Origin: Candidatus Thorarchaeota archaeon
GTDB taxonomy: Archaea > Asgardarchaeota > Thorarchaeia > Thorarchaeales > Thorarchaeaceae
DNA length: 64,000 nt
Assembly: GCA_011364985.1 (NCBI GenBank)
Contig: RDOC01000002.1
Coordinates: 1-64,000, forward strand
Direction: 5' to 3'
In this document: positions 29,619 through 39,893 of the stretch, piece by piece
How the letters are laid out: each line of letters opens with the position of its first letter
Position numbering within the stretch: the stretch's first letter is position 1
Made by a program: the position numbers and the translations under genes
Notes under the pieces: model-generated
Seen by the model: only the letters and a program-made list of their open reading frames with translations
Told to the model about the DNA's origin: nothing
The model's database searches: none

Positions 29619-30324
29619 GAAGTTGTCGAAACGGCCGGAACAACTTCATGACACACGGAGTGTAGTATATGATGAAAGCCATTGGAAAGTATTGAGCAAT
29701 CTTAGGAAAAAGGCATTGCAGATCATGAGATTTCTGGAGAACTATGAGATTCAATCCTTTGCTTATGGTTCACTTGCGCGTGGAGACGTTACTGAAGCGT
29801 CGGATATTGACATTGTAATTCCATATCCTGTTTCAAGTTACAGGCTAGAAGTCTGTCTTGGAAAGCAGACATATCGAGAACTCGTTCAAGCTACTCCTTC
29901 AATGATTCTCAAGGGCCATATTCACCTTGAACAAAACATGACGGTGACCTTTCCCTTATTCAAACTCCGTTCAAGAGAAGAGGAGTTTTACAAATGGGGT
30001 GGGAGAATTGGACTTGCGGATATTGAGGAACAGACTCGAGTTCCAGGAGTAGACAAGAGACTGATACTAATTGAGCCCAATGAACAGGGTCATGAAGAGA
30101 AAGGTGTTATTGGATATGAAAGCCAAGTAGCAAGACGACTCGAAGTAAGCCCTGACATTGCTCATGAACGTGTTCGGGTGCTCAGACGACGTGATAGTGT
30201 GGGTAGGACTGGAGTGTATCTTACACGTCCGCTTTCGGAAGAAGAGAGCTTTGAAGCTGTTGCAAAGAGCCTTATGGACAGTGATCCGGCCATCCGACGC
30301 ACAGCTGAAAAACGCCAAGGATAG
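29608..30324 (+). CDS. nucleotidyltransferase-domain protein (COG2413-like)
   Basis: YGSLARGDV...SDIDI, RVPGVDKRL. Confidence 0.85.
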   Translation: MGARKLSKRPEQLHDTRSVVYDESHWKVLSNLRKKALQIMRFLENYEIQSFAYGSLARGDVTEASDIDIVIPYPVSSYRLEVCLGKQTYRELVQATPSMILKGHIHLEQNMTVTFPLFKLRSREEEFYKWGGRIGLADIEEQTRVPGVDKRLILIEPNEQGHEEKGVIGYESQVARRLEVSPDIAHERVRVLRRRDSVGRTGVYLTRPLSEEESFEAVAKSLMDSDPAIRRTAEKRQG

Positions 30325-30337
30325 GTGAACGGCAAGA

Positions 30338-31453
30338 TTGGTTCGTTCTATCAAGAAACTTGATGAGGACTCCTTGATTATAGGTCAATTGCCAACTGGA
30401 TGCAGATATTGTACAAGAGGCGCAAAACTGATTCTGTTTGTCACTGGTCTCTGTGATAGCAGGTGTTTCTATTGCCCACTCTCTGAAGAAAAGGCTAACA
30501 AAGACGTGGTCTTCGCAGATGAAATGCCAGTCATGACAGACAAAGATATTCTTCTTGAAGCAGATGCCATTAATGCAGAAGGGGCAGGGTTGACTGGGGG
30601 AGATCCTCTATGTAGACCTGAACGAACTGTTGATTTCATCAGAATGTTGAAGTCGCACTATGACCACGCCTTTCACATTCATCTCTATACTAGTCAGTCT
30701 TCCGCTTCAAAGAGTGTGCTCTCACAGTTGGCAGACGCCGGGCTTGATGAGATACGATTCCATCCCCAGAGTAAGAATTGGGATGGTTTGGAACGTAGCT
30801 TGGACCTTGGGATGGAAGTGGGTATTGAAGTCCCTGCTATGCCAAGTCGTATCAATGATCTGAAGAATGTTGCAGCCAGAGCAGAGAAGATTGGGGTCTC
30901 CTTTCTCAACATAAACGAGCTTGAGAGCAGTGAAACCAACTTTGCACATTTGGTTTCTCTGGGAATGAAGCTTCGAAATACTGCGACATCTGCTATTGAA
31001 GGAAGTGCCGAAACCGCATTTGAAGCCATGCAATGGGCTGCCAACAATCTTGAGCATCTATCAATTCATTATTGCTCTTCTCGTTTCAAGGATGCTGTCC
31101 AATTGCGCAATAGGCTCTCCAGACGACTTGATAATGTCATTCGGAAGTTTGAAGAACGGGATGAATCTGACCCCCTTCTAATCCTAGGAGTAATTCGAGC
31201 GCCCTATGGGAAGAAACTAACTGCTAAGAAGCTTGAAGATATCGCAAGTACTCTCTCCAAGTCTTTTGATGTTCCATCAGATTTGATGAGTGTTGATTAT
31301 TCCCGAATGAGAATCGAAATTGCGGGATGGATTCTGGAAGAAATCGCTAGTGAACTAAGAAATGTTCTTCAAGATGGAGAGAACTTGGAAATAGGAACTG
31401 CATTGGAGTATCCATCGTGGGACCGATTACAGGTACTCTTTGAACCTTTGTAG
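30338..31453 (+). CDS. radical SAM protein (COG2108-like)
   Basis: GC.YC..GAKL.LFVTG.C...CFYCP, LDEIRFHP. Confidence 0.88.
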   Translation: MVRSIKKLDEDSLIIGQLPTGCRYCTRGAKLILFVTGLCDSRCFYCPLSEEKANKDVVFADEMPVMTDKDILLEADAINAEGAGLTGGDPLCRPERTVDFIRMLKSHYDHAFHIHLYTSQSSASKSVLSQLADAGLDEIRFHPQSKNWDGLERSLDLGMEVGIEVPAMPSRINDLKNVAARAEKIGVSFLNINELESSETNFAHLVSLGMKLRNTATSAIEGSAETAFEAMQWAANNLEHLSIHYCSSRFKDAVQLRNRLSRRLDNVIRKFEERDESDPLLILGVIRAPYGKKLTAKKLEDIASTLSKSFDVPSDLMSVDYSRMRIEIAGWILEEIASELRNVLQDGENLEIGTALEYPSWDRLQVLFEPL

Positions 31454-31456
31454 CAT

Positions 31457-32545
31457 CTATCTTGTGATTTTGAAACGAAGAAGAGCAGCAATACCGCCAA
31501 GGCTCTGGAGCTGGTCACCAGCAGGATGATCAGAGGAAACAATATGAAAAGCACCTCGAGCCTTCTCGGTATCACGAATCAGTGCATCTAACCATCTTCG
31601 CTGGCTATCATCTTCCTCTCGCAGTTTTATATCGGTAATCAGCAGATTCTCTACTGCACCATACTGAACAGCCTGCGCTACTTCCTTGTCCCCGTAGGCT
31701 CCAAGGCCGTCACCCTTTGCGATATGCTCGATTATTTGAGAGATTAGCTGCGTTTCAGTTTCAATCTTCAGATTTTCTACAACCTTTGAAATAATTCCGC
31801 GAAATAGAATCTCCTTTGCCCCGGGAATGCCAATGGAATTCGTACTCTCTGCAACAGTCGGAGGCATGTTCTTTATTCCAGCCTTCTTCAGCTGCTCAAT
31901 GAAGTGGTCCTTCACAAAACCAGGGCCGGCTACAATAATCAATGCGATTTCATTCTGTTCTAGCTGAGAATAAATTGCAAGATTAACATCACTGAAGAAT
32001 TCGTTCATTGTAGCATCGTAGGATTTCTGGTCACCTCTCTTTCTGGATATGCTGGTACGTATGCGTGTGGCCTCTTTGATTCCAAAGTCTGCAACTAGAA
32101 ACAGCTCAGCAGTTCCGTCCTCAATAGTGACAAGAAGACAGACCGGTCTCAATCCAGCTTTTTGTGCCTCTTCCAGCCTAGTAAGAAGATACTTCGGCCA
32201 ATGCTCCTTAATTATGGTAAGTGTATTGCCTACTTCTACGTTGAAGGTATGATATGCCCCTATATTCACCAAGTCACTCGGTCCTTCCTTAATTATGCCT
32301 TTGATTCGTACTCGGTTTGAAAAGGCATGAAATGATACATCGTCCACCTGAAGAATAAGTGTCATTGGTTTTCGAACGCTCTCTTGTTTGCGGCTATCCT
32401 CATCACCCACTTTGACTCGCCGTGTTGTTCTGGATACTACAATATCACCAGGGCTGACAACGTTGTACAGGTGCCAAAGGTCATCTAATACTTCGATTTT
32501 TAGTGATATTTTTCCCTCTTTTAGAACCCGTTTAAGTATCTTCAA
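31457..32545 (-). CDS. pelA: mRNA surveillance protein pelota
   Basis: DDLWHL, G.YHT, AGPGF.K, LGGIAALLRF. Confidence 0.95.
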   Translation of the reverse strand: MKILKRVLKEGKISLKIEVLDDLWHLYNVVSPGDIVVSRTTRRVKVGDEDSRKQESVRKPMTLILQVDDVSFHAFSNRVRIKGIIKEGPSDLVNIGAYHTFNVEVGNTLTIIKEHWPKYLLTRLEEAQKAGLRPVCLLVTIEDGTAELFLVADFGIKEATRIRTSISRKRGDQKSYDATMNEFFSDVNLAIYSQLEQNEIALIIVAGPGFVKDHFIEQLKKAGIKNMPPTVAESTNSIGIPGAKEILFRGIISKVVENLKIETETQLISQIIEHIAKGDGLGAYGDKEVAQAVQYGAVENLLITDIKLREEDDSQRRWLDALIRDTEKARGAFHIVSSDHPAGDQLQSLGGIAALLRFKITR

Positions 32546-32572
32546 GATGACATCACACCAAGAAAGCTCTGC

Positions 32573-34042
32573 TTAGAAGAAATAGTCTTCGTACCTACTA
32601 TGTTCTTTGTTCGGATTGGTATTTCTTGGATGTCGTGACTCCAACAAGGTTAGGCCTTGACTCAAAGCCTCGGCTTTCTTTACATGAGAGTTCTCAACAA
32701 GATTGTGCCCATCTTGAACAGCCAGATCGCCCGAGATACGAATGATTCCACCTAGTTCTCGTAGTCTAAGTGTGAAAGCATTATGTTGGCCATCAATCCT
32801 TCTCGCAATGTCTTTGGCAATCTCAAGCACGGAGAGAACAGCTTCAGAGCTAAGGTGGGGAATTCGTCTATCTTCTATTACTGTCTGTGCAATAAATCGA
32901 ACAAGATTGTTCGCGTTTTGTGGCGTCTTTGGCATCCAGTGATTGAGCATTATCTCATACCCATAGCCGCGAATACGGGAGCGCAGAGGAGGCAAGATAA
33001 ACTTCAAGTCCTCCATGTTACAGGAAGCAAAGAGAAGAAAGTCACAAGGTACATCATCCACACGAATTGCTGCTCCAGAGCTTGTAGGGTTGTGCCCAGA
33101 TATCGGATACTTTCGCTCCTGCATCGCAGTGAGCAAGTACTTCTGAAGAATACCGAGTGCAGCAATCTCATCGACATAGAGTATTCCCTCATGTGCTTCA
33201 TGAATAGCACCTGGTATGACTCTCATGTGTGGTGCGATGCCAATGTCATCTGCCCCTCCATAGGGATCGTGACGCACATCGCCGAGAAGCTCTGTAGAAC
33301 TTGTTCCACTTACTCTAACAAATCTTGACGAATCATACGAAACGAGAACATTCATGGAGCTGTGTGAGTGTGTGAGTGCTTCAGCTTCGTTGTGGTCAAG
33401 AGGAGTTCGTAGAACCCGGATATTGTCAAGGCCCTCCCTGCGATAAGTGACTTTGAATGGATGGCCATCCAAATCTTCAATATACCAATCTTCTAGCAGG
33501 GCTGCCTCACTGGCAATATTGAACACACGAAGAAGACCAGAGTAAGATTTGTATTGCTGATAGCTTTCATAGCTTCTGTCACTTCGCTTAGGAGAGTCGC
33601 ATTCAATGCAAAGCTCTTGACTAGGTAGGGACAGACTATTACAGATTGGACACCGATATCCCATTCTTACTGCAATATCGAAGGGTAAGTCATCAGGCCG
33701 AACGTATTCATCAATGGTGTTCAAAGCATAGGGATTCGGGATGTCGTTCTTTTCTGTCCTTCGAACAAGTACCTTTGGTCGACTATCCTGTTCCAGATTA
33801 GGGAGAATGACAATTTCGGTTTCGGGTTCTGGCAGAAGAGAGAATGCAGCACTGGCAAGCATTGATTTCCCAATTCCAGGTTCTCCGCAGAGTAATACAT
33901 GTCTTCTCTGTGTGATAGCCGAACGAACTAGAGTAACCGCATGATCTTGACCGATTATCCTCTGAAACGGGTCATTGGTAGTGCATATTTCTGCCGTTGA
34001 TTCCCTACCTTCTAAAATCCAAGCAAGATCATCGAGTTTCAA
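32573..34042 (-). CDS. LonB-like AAA+ ATPase lacking the protease domain
   Basis: IGQDHAV, GEPGIGKS, LLGDVRHDPYG, GAIHEAHEGILYVDEI, LRSRIRGYGYE, LRLRELGG; ends before any Ser-Lys protease domain. Confidence 0.85.
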   Translation of the reverse strand: MKLDDLAWILEGRESTAEICTTNDPFQRIIGQDHAVTLVRSAITQRRHVLLCGEPGIGKSMLASAAFSLLPEPETEIVILPNLEQDSRPKVLVRRTEKNDIPNPYALNTIDEYVRPDDLPFDIAVRMGYRCPICNSLSLPSQELCIECDSPKRSDRSYESYQQYKSYSGLLRVFNIASEAALLEDWYIEDLDGHPFKVTYRREGLDNIRVLRTPLDHNEAEALTHSHSSMNVLVSYDSSRFVRVSGTSSTELLGDVRHDPYGGADDIGIAPHMRVIPGAIHEAHEGILYVDEIAALGILQKYLLTAMQERKYPISGHNPTSSGAAIRVDDVPCDFLLFASCNMEDLKFILPPLRSRIRGYGYEIMLNHWMPKTPQNANNLVRFIAQTVIEDRRIPHLSSEAVLSVLEIAKDIARRIDGQHNAFTLRLRELGGIIRISGDLAVQDGHNLVENSHVKKAEALSQGLTLLESRHPRNTNPNKEHSRYEDYFF

Positions 34043-34173
34043 GTCTCACACGTCACTTGGAGATGGAAGTCTGGAGCAAAATCATAACTGTGAGTATTAC
34101 TCGACAAGATGGCGAATGAACTAAGGGATGAAATAATGGAAACCGGCCTATCTTTCATTAGAATTGGTCGGAA

Positions 34174-35445
34174 TTAGGCACCTATGTCATCGAAAGTGAC
34201 TATCTGAATACCTGTTACTCCCTTCTCAAGATCAGCTATTGCAGCGCCTATTAGTAGACTTGTCTTCTTTCGTTTCGCGATGTCTACAAGGCGTTGTGTG
34301 ATTACTCCATCAAATACCACAATATGCGGGTTTTCGAGGCCCTCAAGAACTCTTGCAAGGTCGGCAACACCACAATCTGCAATCACATTCTTCTCCTGAT
34401 CGAAGATCACGGCTTTGAAAGCTTCTTTAATCTCAATAGCCTTCTGTATGTAAACTTCATCTACTTCTATTGATTGTTTTCGCCGAGGTGCTCCTCTTCT
34501 TGAAACCTCTTCATCATCCTTCCGAGCCGGTACACGCCGGTCGGTTCTTCTTGAATGTGGCTCTCTCTTTGGTTTCGTTTCTTTTCTTCTTGACAGGGGT
34601 TGTTTATCACTCACCAGCGCCAGAGCTTGGTCTGCTGGGATTTGTGTTTGAAGAGCTTTGATTACTTCTCCCCGTGTTAGTTCTTCCACTTCTTTGCCTT
34701 CAGGAGCACGGGCGATGTAATCAACCCTAGCAACCTGCATCAATTCTCTGAGGATAAGGTCACCTCCCCTATCCCCATCAAGAAAAGCAATAATTTTCTT
34801 CTTGCTCTTCTTCGTCAGGTCAGCAATCGATTTCGATACGTGAGTGCCTTCTACAGCCACGGTATTCTCTATTCCGAACTTCATGAGATTGACAATATCA
34901 GCTCTTCCCTCAACAATGATTATCTCCTCAGCTCCTTCCATTCCAGGACCTGCTGGCAGGTTATCAGGACCGTACTTCGTGATTGTACCCTTTCGTCCTT
35001 TAGTGACTGCAGAAGTGATTTCTTCTGTCCCTGGTGCAATATCTTCTTCCCATCCTTTGAGAATACTGATAGCACGGCTAACAACCCTTCGCCTCTTCGC
35101 GCCCCTAATATCTTCAACCTTTTCCAATGTCACTTTGGCGGTACAAGGCCCCACCCTATCTACGGTTTCGAGAGAAGCGGCAAGTATTGCAGTCGCTGTC
35201 TTGTTGAGCGAAACAGGAATTACAATCTCTCCCTTGCTATTGCCCCCTGTGGAGCGTATTGCAATTTGAATTCGTCCGATTCTGCCGGTCCGTTGTAGTT
35301 CACGAAGATCTAATTCCTCGCCCAGAAGCCCCTCTGTCTGCCCAAATATGGCTCCAACAACGTCTGGTTTGTCTACTACTCCATCTATCTCAATCTTTGC
35401 TCTAATGACGTATTTTGCAGCACTTGAGTCAAAATCTGTACCCAA
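34174..35445 (-). CDS. dnaG: archaeal DnaG (TOPRIM, exosome-associated)
   Basis: DVVGAIFGQTEGLLG, VEGRAD, DGDRGG, FDGVITQRL. Confidence 0.96.
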   Translation of the reverse strand: MGTDFDSSAAKYVIRAKIEIDGVVDKPDVVGAIFGQTEGLLGEELDLRELQRTGRIGRIQIAIRSTGGNSKGEIVIPVSLNKTATAILAASLETVDRVGPCTAKVTLEKVEDIRGAKRRRVVSRAISILKGWEEDIAPGTEEITSAVTKGRKGTITKYGPDNLPAGPGMEGAEEIIIVEGRADIVNLMKFGIENTVAVEGTHVSKSIADLTKKSKKKIIAFLDGDRGGDLILRELMQVARVDYIARAPEGKEVEELTRGEVIKALQTQIPADQALALVSDKQPLSRRKETKPKREPHSRRTDRRVPARKDDEEVSRRGAPRRKQSIEVDEVYIQKAIEIKEAFKAVIFDQEKNVIADCGVADLARVLEGLENPHIVVFDGVITQRLVDIAKRKKTSLLIGAAIADLEKGVTGIQIVTFDDIGA

Positions 35446-35887
35446 CGATGAAATCTCCTATGAAATCCAGTGCCATAGACTCTCCCAAATCAAACTTAGG
35501 GCATTTTGCCCATTTCCTGTCTTTCTATTGACTCGGGAATACTTCTTCATACCCCCACCGGGAACTTGATTCGCTATGCGCCATTTCCCATTAAACATGC
35601 ATTGTGAGTATGTGATTTGATGAGTGATGAATGATAAGCGTCCTGTGCAATGGCTCAACAGTCCTCAGGAACCGGGATCAGTGTTTGTTCGAGGAATCTG
35701 TGGCACTTGTAATATGATGATTTGATAAGTTGTGGGTGTGACCAAATATTACTATATTTCAGAAACACCCTACATCTTAATCTGGGAGTACACGCTATTT
35801 GAAGCTGTCGTTAGAGTCATCATTAATATGCTCTTCATGGAGGATGGGCCAGATAATTGTGTGATACGCGCCAATTGATAAGGCTAA

Positions 35888-36186
35888 TAACCACTGGGAG
35901 AGAATTAATTCATGTTCAGGAGAAATATCCCTCTTACGAGGGCGCGCTGAGGTTTGCACAATGAAGCGTTGCGCAAGAAGGGGGTAACAGTCTGAACAGA
36001 TGCCTGCCAAGGACCATTCGGACGAGCCATAACGGACTCGCGTGATGAGGATTTCTCCTTAGATGAGCCGCGGGTCACCCAGGCCTCGTACATTGGCAGG
36101 ACGGCCGATGTCATGAATGTCCAGCACGAGACAACTCAGCAGAGCCGGATGTATTTCTGATGCCATGATGCTGGGAGTTAGTGGTA
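35888..36186 (+). ncRNA. candidate ~300-nt structured non-coding RNA, family unidentified
   Basis: GC-richer island with many nested stems, G-U pairs on the + strand, K-turn-like motifs and an 8-bp long-range complement (see findings). Confidence 0.5.
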
Positions 36187-36446
36187 TGGAGTATAGATAT
36201 CGGCCACTTTCTAATTCTAGATAGCTATATTCTTAGTTTCTTCAATCTTCAGAATCTCCACTCGAGAGCCGGGAGCTTTTTCAGACACAAGCTCCACAGA
36301 CTTCTGAGTATCTGCTTTGATAACTGAACAAATCCAGCCATGGATATTCTCATATATCATTATTCGCTCGGAATAACTCTTCTTGGTTTTTCATATATGG
36401 AATATCTTAAGATGGAGAAAACATGCAGAATGAGAAGTGAATAGGT

Positions 36447-37352
36447 ATGGTTACCGCTCCTCATCCAGATTTTGTAGAAGCAGGTCGTATTGCGGCCAAA
36501 GTAATCGAGGAAGTAGCTAGAGAAGTTCGTCCGAGAGTCAAGGTTCTACGAATTTGTGCTCTTGCCGAAAGAAGGATACTGGAATATGTTGGGAAAAGAG
36601 GAGGAATTGCTTTTCCATGCAATGTTTCTATCAATGAAGAGGCCGCACATTATACAAGCCCTCGAGGAGATACGAAGATGTTTCCGGAACAGGGTCTTGT
36701 TAAAATCGATATTGGAGCACATGTAAATGGGCATATCTCTGATACAGCGGTGACAGTGGACCTTGATGGAACATTTGAAAAGTTCGTTGCCGCGGCCAAA
36801 TCATCTCTCGATGCAGCTATTGATGTTGTCCGTCCAGGAATACAGGTAGGTGAAGTGGGTGCAGAGATTGAGAAAACTATCAAGAGACACGGTCTCAAGC
36901 CAGTTCATCAGCTATCAGGACACCAGTTAAAACCATGGATATTGCATGCCGGAAAGAACGTTCCCAATGTGAGAATAAGGCGAAGTGCGGAAATGAAAGT
37001 CGGGGAAACTTACGCGATTGAACCTTTTGCGACCAATGGGAATGGTACGATAAGAAGTGGTGAGAATGCCTTCATATTTTCAAACAATATGTCAAACAAG
37101 AAGAAGCTTGATAGACTATCCGTTCAGATTCGAAATCAGACCAGACAACGGTTTGGCACATTGCCTTGGGCATCAAGATGGTTGAGAAGTCAGAAAGTTG
37201 ATACAAATACAATCATTGCGACCTTGGTTAAAGCTGGAGTAGTTAGGGAGTACCCAATTCTATACGAGGGCAGAAATGGCATGGTTTCGCAGTTTGAGCA
37301 TAGCATATTTGTTGGAGAAGATGGAGCCATTGTAACAACTCTTCGCAAGTAG
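36447..37352 (+). CDS. map: methionine aminopeptidase type II
   Basis: AFPCN.S.N..AAHY, KID.G.H.NG...D, LSGH, HAG, AIEPF, QFEH. Confidence 0.93.
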   Translation: MVTAPHPDFVEAGRIAAKVIEEVAREVRPRVKVLRICALAERRILEYVGKRGGIAFPCNVSINEEAAHYTSPRGDTKMFPEQGLVKIDIGAHVNGHISDTAVTVDLDGTFEKFVAAAKSSLDAAIDVVRPGIQVGEVGAEIEKTIKRHGLKPVHQLSGHQLKPWILHAGKNVPNVRIRRSAEMKVGETYAIEPFATNGNGTIRSGENAFIFSNNMSNKKKLDRLSVQIRNQTRQRFGTLPWASRWLRSQKVDTNTIIATLVKAGVVREYPILYEGRNGMVSQFEHSIFVGEDGAIVTTLRK

Positions 37353-37419
37353 TTTCGTCCAGCGTACATAAAACGGCTTAAGAATAGCAAGATGCATTTT
37401 GATGTAAGGGTGCATTCAA

Positions 37420-38316
37420 TTGCTCAAACCACATCCAGACGCCGTCAAGGCTGGAGAAATTGCAGCACGCGTTCTCAAAGAAACAAGAAAAATGGTCGAG
37501 CCTAATACAAAGATTATCCGGCTGTGTGTCCATGCTGAGAAGAGAATCGTTGAATACGGGGGAAAACCAGCATTCCCATTTAATGTATGTATCAACAATA
37601 TTGCCGCGCATCGAACATCGCCAAGAAATGATTCCGAAATCATACCTGAGTTTGGTCTTGTCAAGCTTGATGTTGGAGTACATGTGAATGGCTATATTGC
37701 TGATACTGGACTAACGGTTGATATTGATGGTTCACTAGAGGGGTTTCCGGCAGCAACTGATGACGCTCTTCAAGAAGCGTTTGCCCTGTTCAAGCCTGGT
37801 ATGAGCCTAAGCAAAGTTGGGAAGCAAATTGAGAGGACCATTGGGGCATACGGTCTTAGACCTGTGAAAGACCTCAGTGGACATAGTATTGCAAGATTCA
37901 AGCTGCATGCCGGCAAGAAAGTACCAAACATAGGAATGCGAAACCTTCCAACAATCGAAGCAGGAGAATACTATGCAATTGAGCCCTATGCAACCAGTGG
38001 TTCAGGTAGAGTAGTTGAAACAGATCACATCTTCATCTTCGCAAATAGGGGTAAAGCAGAACCCCTCGAAGGTACAACAGAAAAGCTACGATTATACCTT
38101 AGAGAGAAATATGGATCACTACCTTTTGCCATACGGTGGGTCAAGTCATCAAGTGCAAAAGTGAACTTGGTTGACGAGTTCAGAGAACTCTTGAAAAACA
38201 GAGCAATCAGGCCAATCCCTATGTTGGTGGAAAAGAGTACCAGGCCCGTGAGTATGTCGGAGCATACTATCTTTGTCTCTAAAGACGGGCCTGTGATCTT
38301 GACCAAGGTGAGCTAG
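37420..38316 (+). CDS. map: methionine aminopeptidase type II, tandem paralogue
   Basis: AFP.N...N..AAH, KLD.G.H.NG...D, LSGH, HAG, AIEPY, SEHT. Confidence 0.88.
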   Translation: MLKPHPDAVKAGEIAARVLKETRKMVEPNTKIIRLCVHAEKRIVEYGGKPAFPFNVCINNIAAHRTSPRNDSEIIPEFGLVKLDVGVHVNGYIADTGLTVDIDGSLEGFPAATDDALQEAFALFKPGMSLSKVGKQIERTIGAYGLRPVKDLSGHSIARFKLHAGKKVPNIGMRNLPTIEAGEYYAIEPYATSGSGRVVETDHIFIFANRGKAEPLEGTTEKLRLYLREKYGSLPFAIRWVKSSSAKVNLVDEFRELLKNRAIRPIPMLVEKSTRPVSMSEHTIFVSKDGPVILTKVS

Positions 38317-38672
38317 ACTGTTGGAACGGGCTCTTCTTCTCGCACCATATAGACACCTTGAATTGTCATTGAACCTTGGCACTTCGGGCATTTGGTTTCG
38401 AGTGACTTTAGAATAAAGTCGCCCTTCTGAAAGTCTCTAATCTCCTTGAATGTGCACTCTGGGTTGTCACACGCAATCTCAGTGACAGTTGGGGGATTGG
38501 GTTTCTCCTCCTTCTTGCCACCGGCAGTGAGTAGTGAGAAGCCCATAGCCATAATTGTAAGGCCAAGGAAGTAGTAGATAATATTCATGTTCTGGTCTGA
38601 AGATCCTAAGAAGAACATGATGCCTCCTCCGACTACGAGCACAATTCCGAGTAGTTTTGAAATTACACCCAT
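38313..38672 (-). CDS. 2-TM membrane protein with Zn-ribbon
   Basis: C....C.FKE.R.F..GDFI..CPKC; coupled to DUF1512. Confidence 0.7.
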   Translation of the reverse strand: MGVISKLLGIVLVVGGGIMFFLGSSDQNMNIIYYFLGLTIMAMGFSLLTAGGKKEEKPNPPTVTEIACDNPECTFKEIRDFQKGDFILKSLETKCPKCQGSMTIQGVYMVREEEPVPTV

Positions 38673-38683
38673 TTTTGGAACCT

Positions 38684-39805
38684 CTAAAGACCAATACCAA
38701 TCGTGTTCCCAATGCCTGCAAGGATTATTTTGTCACCAGGCTTGGTACGCTTCAGTATTGCTGTACGTATTCGCTCAATTACTTCAGGGACGGCATCTAA
38801 GATTTTTTTATCCATGACGCCAACTGCTGCAGCCTCATTTTCCTTGATGACAATAGCCTCGATGCCGATGTTATTCTCGGTTGCAGCCTGTTCCATTGCG
38901 TGCTTCTCTGGTCCAAGATCACCAATTGCTGCACCTGTTCCCTCAGATACCCTTCCGAGCTCTTCGCCCTCAAGTTTCAAGGCAGCATCGACGGTGATAA
39001 TTCGTGCAATTCTGCCTTTGTTTTGCTCTACAAGGGTCTTTACTGCAAGCCCAGGCTTACCAACAGTACCTCCAGGACCAGTTGCACGGAGAGCGTATAC
39101 TGTTCGCCCCTCTACTTCAACCGGATAATAGCCAACTTCGCGAGAGATTTCTGTAATATATGAGTCAGGAGTAGCTCCATACTCTCTTGCGAATCTTGTG
39201 ACCACAAGAGGGCCGATGCCATCACCTATCGGTTTTCCTTCGGAGAAGGCATCAAGCGAATCAAAGTAGGCTTTAGCAAGCAGTAGGATGTCCGGAAGCT
39301 GCATCTGCACTTGCATGATTATGAGTTGGCTGTTTGTCTTCTTGCCGAGAATATAGTAGTGACGCACAATTCGAAATACAAGACTAAGTACTTGGGTCAC
39401 TTCCAAAGTATTTTCCAAGGTCTGTAGCTCGGCTTGTGATGCCTCAGGAGCTAAGTCCGTTACAAACTCTTGAAAACGGTCTCTGCGCTCATCAAGAAGG
39501 TGGTCAAGTCGTTTTAGTATTCCCGCTGGGTCTAGGTCCACAGGCATGATAGTGAAATAGTCAAGCCAGCGGTCTAGCTCCTTGGCGACTTCTTCATCGC
39601 CCTTTCCATACCTCTTGAAGGTTTCAATGGCGGTTTCCCTAGATTCTAGTGCCATCTTCTTGAGCTCAATCAGTCCGGCTTCAATCTGCTTTAGCCATTG
39701 CCATATCTGAAACTTGGCACCATAAAGACTGAAAATGATGATGAATGCGAAGAAAGCCAGATTTATGATCCAGCTGAATTCGCTATCTGCTCCTATTCCC
39801 TGCAT
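38684..39805 (-). CDS. DUF1512-family protein
   Basis: P.DLDP.G, PIGDGIGP, GPGG.VG.PG, VDAALKLEGE, GIGNTIG. Confidence 0.85.
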   Translation of the reverse strand: MQGIGADSEFSWIINLAFFAFIIIFSLYGAKFQIWQWLKQIEAGLIELKKMALESRETAIETFKRYGKGDEEVAKELDRWLDYFTIMPVDLDPAGILKRLDHLLDERRDRFQEFVTDLAPEASQAELQTLENTLEVTQVLSLVFRIVRHYYILGKKTNSQLIIMQVQMQLPDILLLAKAYFDSLDAFSEGKPIGDGIGPLVVTRFAREYGATPDSYITEISREVGYYPVEVEGRTVYALRATGPGGTVGKPGLAVKTLVEQNKGRIARIITVDAALKLEGEELGRVSEGTGAAIGDLGPEKHAMEQAATENNIGIEAIVIKENEAAAVGVMDKKILDAVPEVIERIRTAILKRTKPGDKIILAGIGNTIGIGL

Positions 39806-39893
39806 CTGTATCAGCTCGACAAATTCCGGTTATGCTTTAACCCTTGTCATTTAGACATTCGGTTGTAGGTATATGAAGCTGATATGGAGAAGT

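Noticed and set aside
35888-36186. RNase P RNA, SRP RNA or group I intron identity for the structured region
   Set aside because: No GAGGAAAGUCC-type P4 strands, no SRP helix-8 GGAA/AGCAG motif in proper context, and no convincing P7 elements on either strand.
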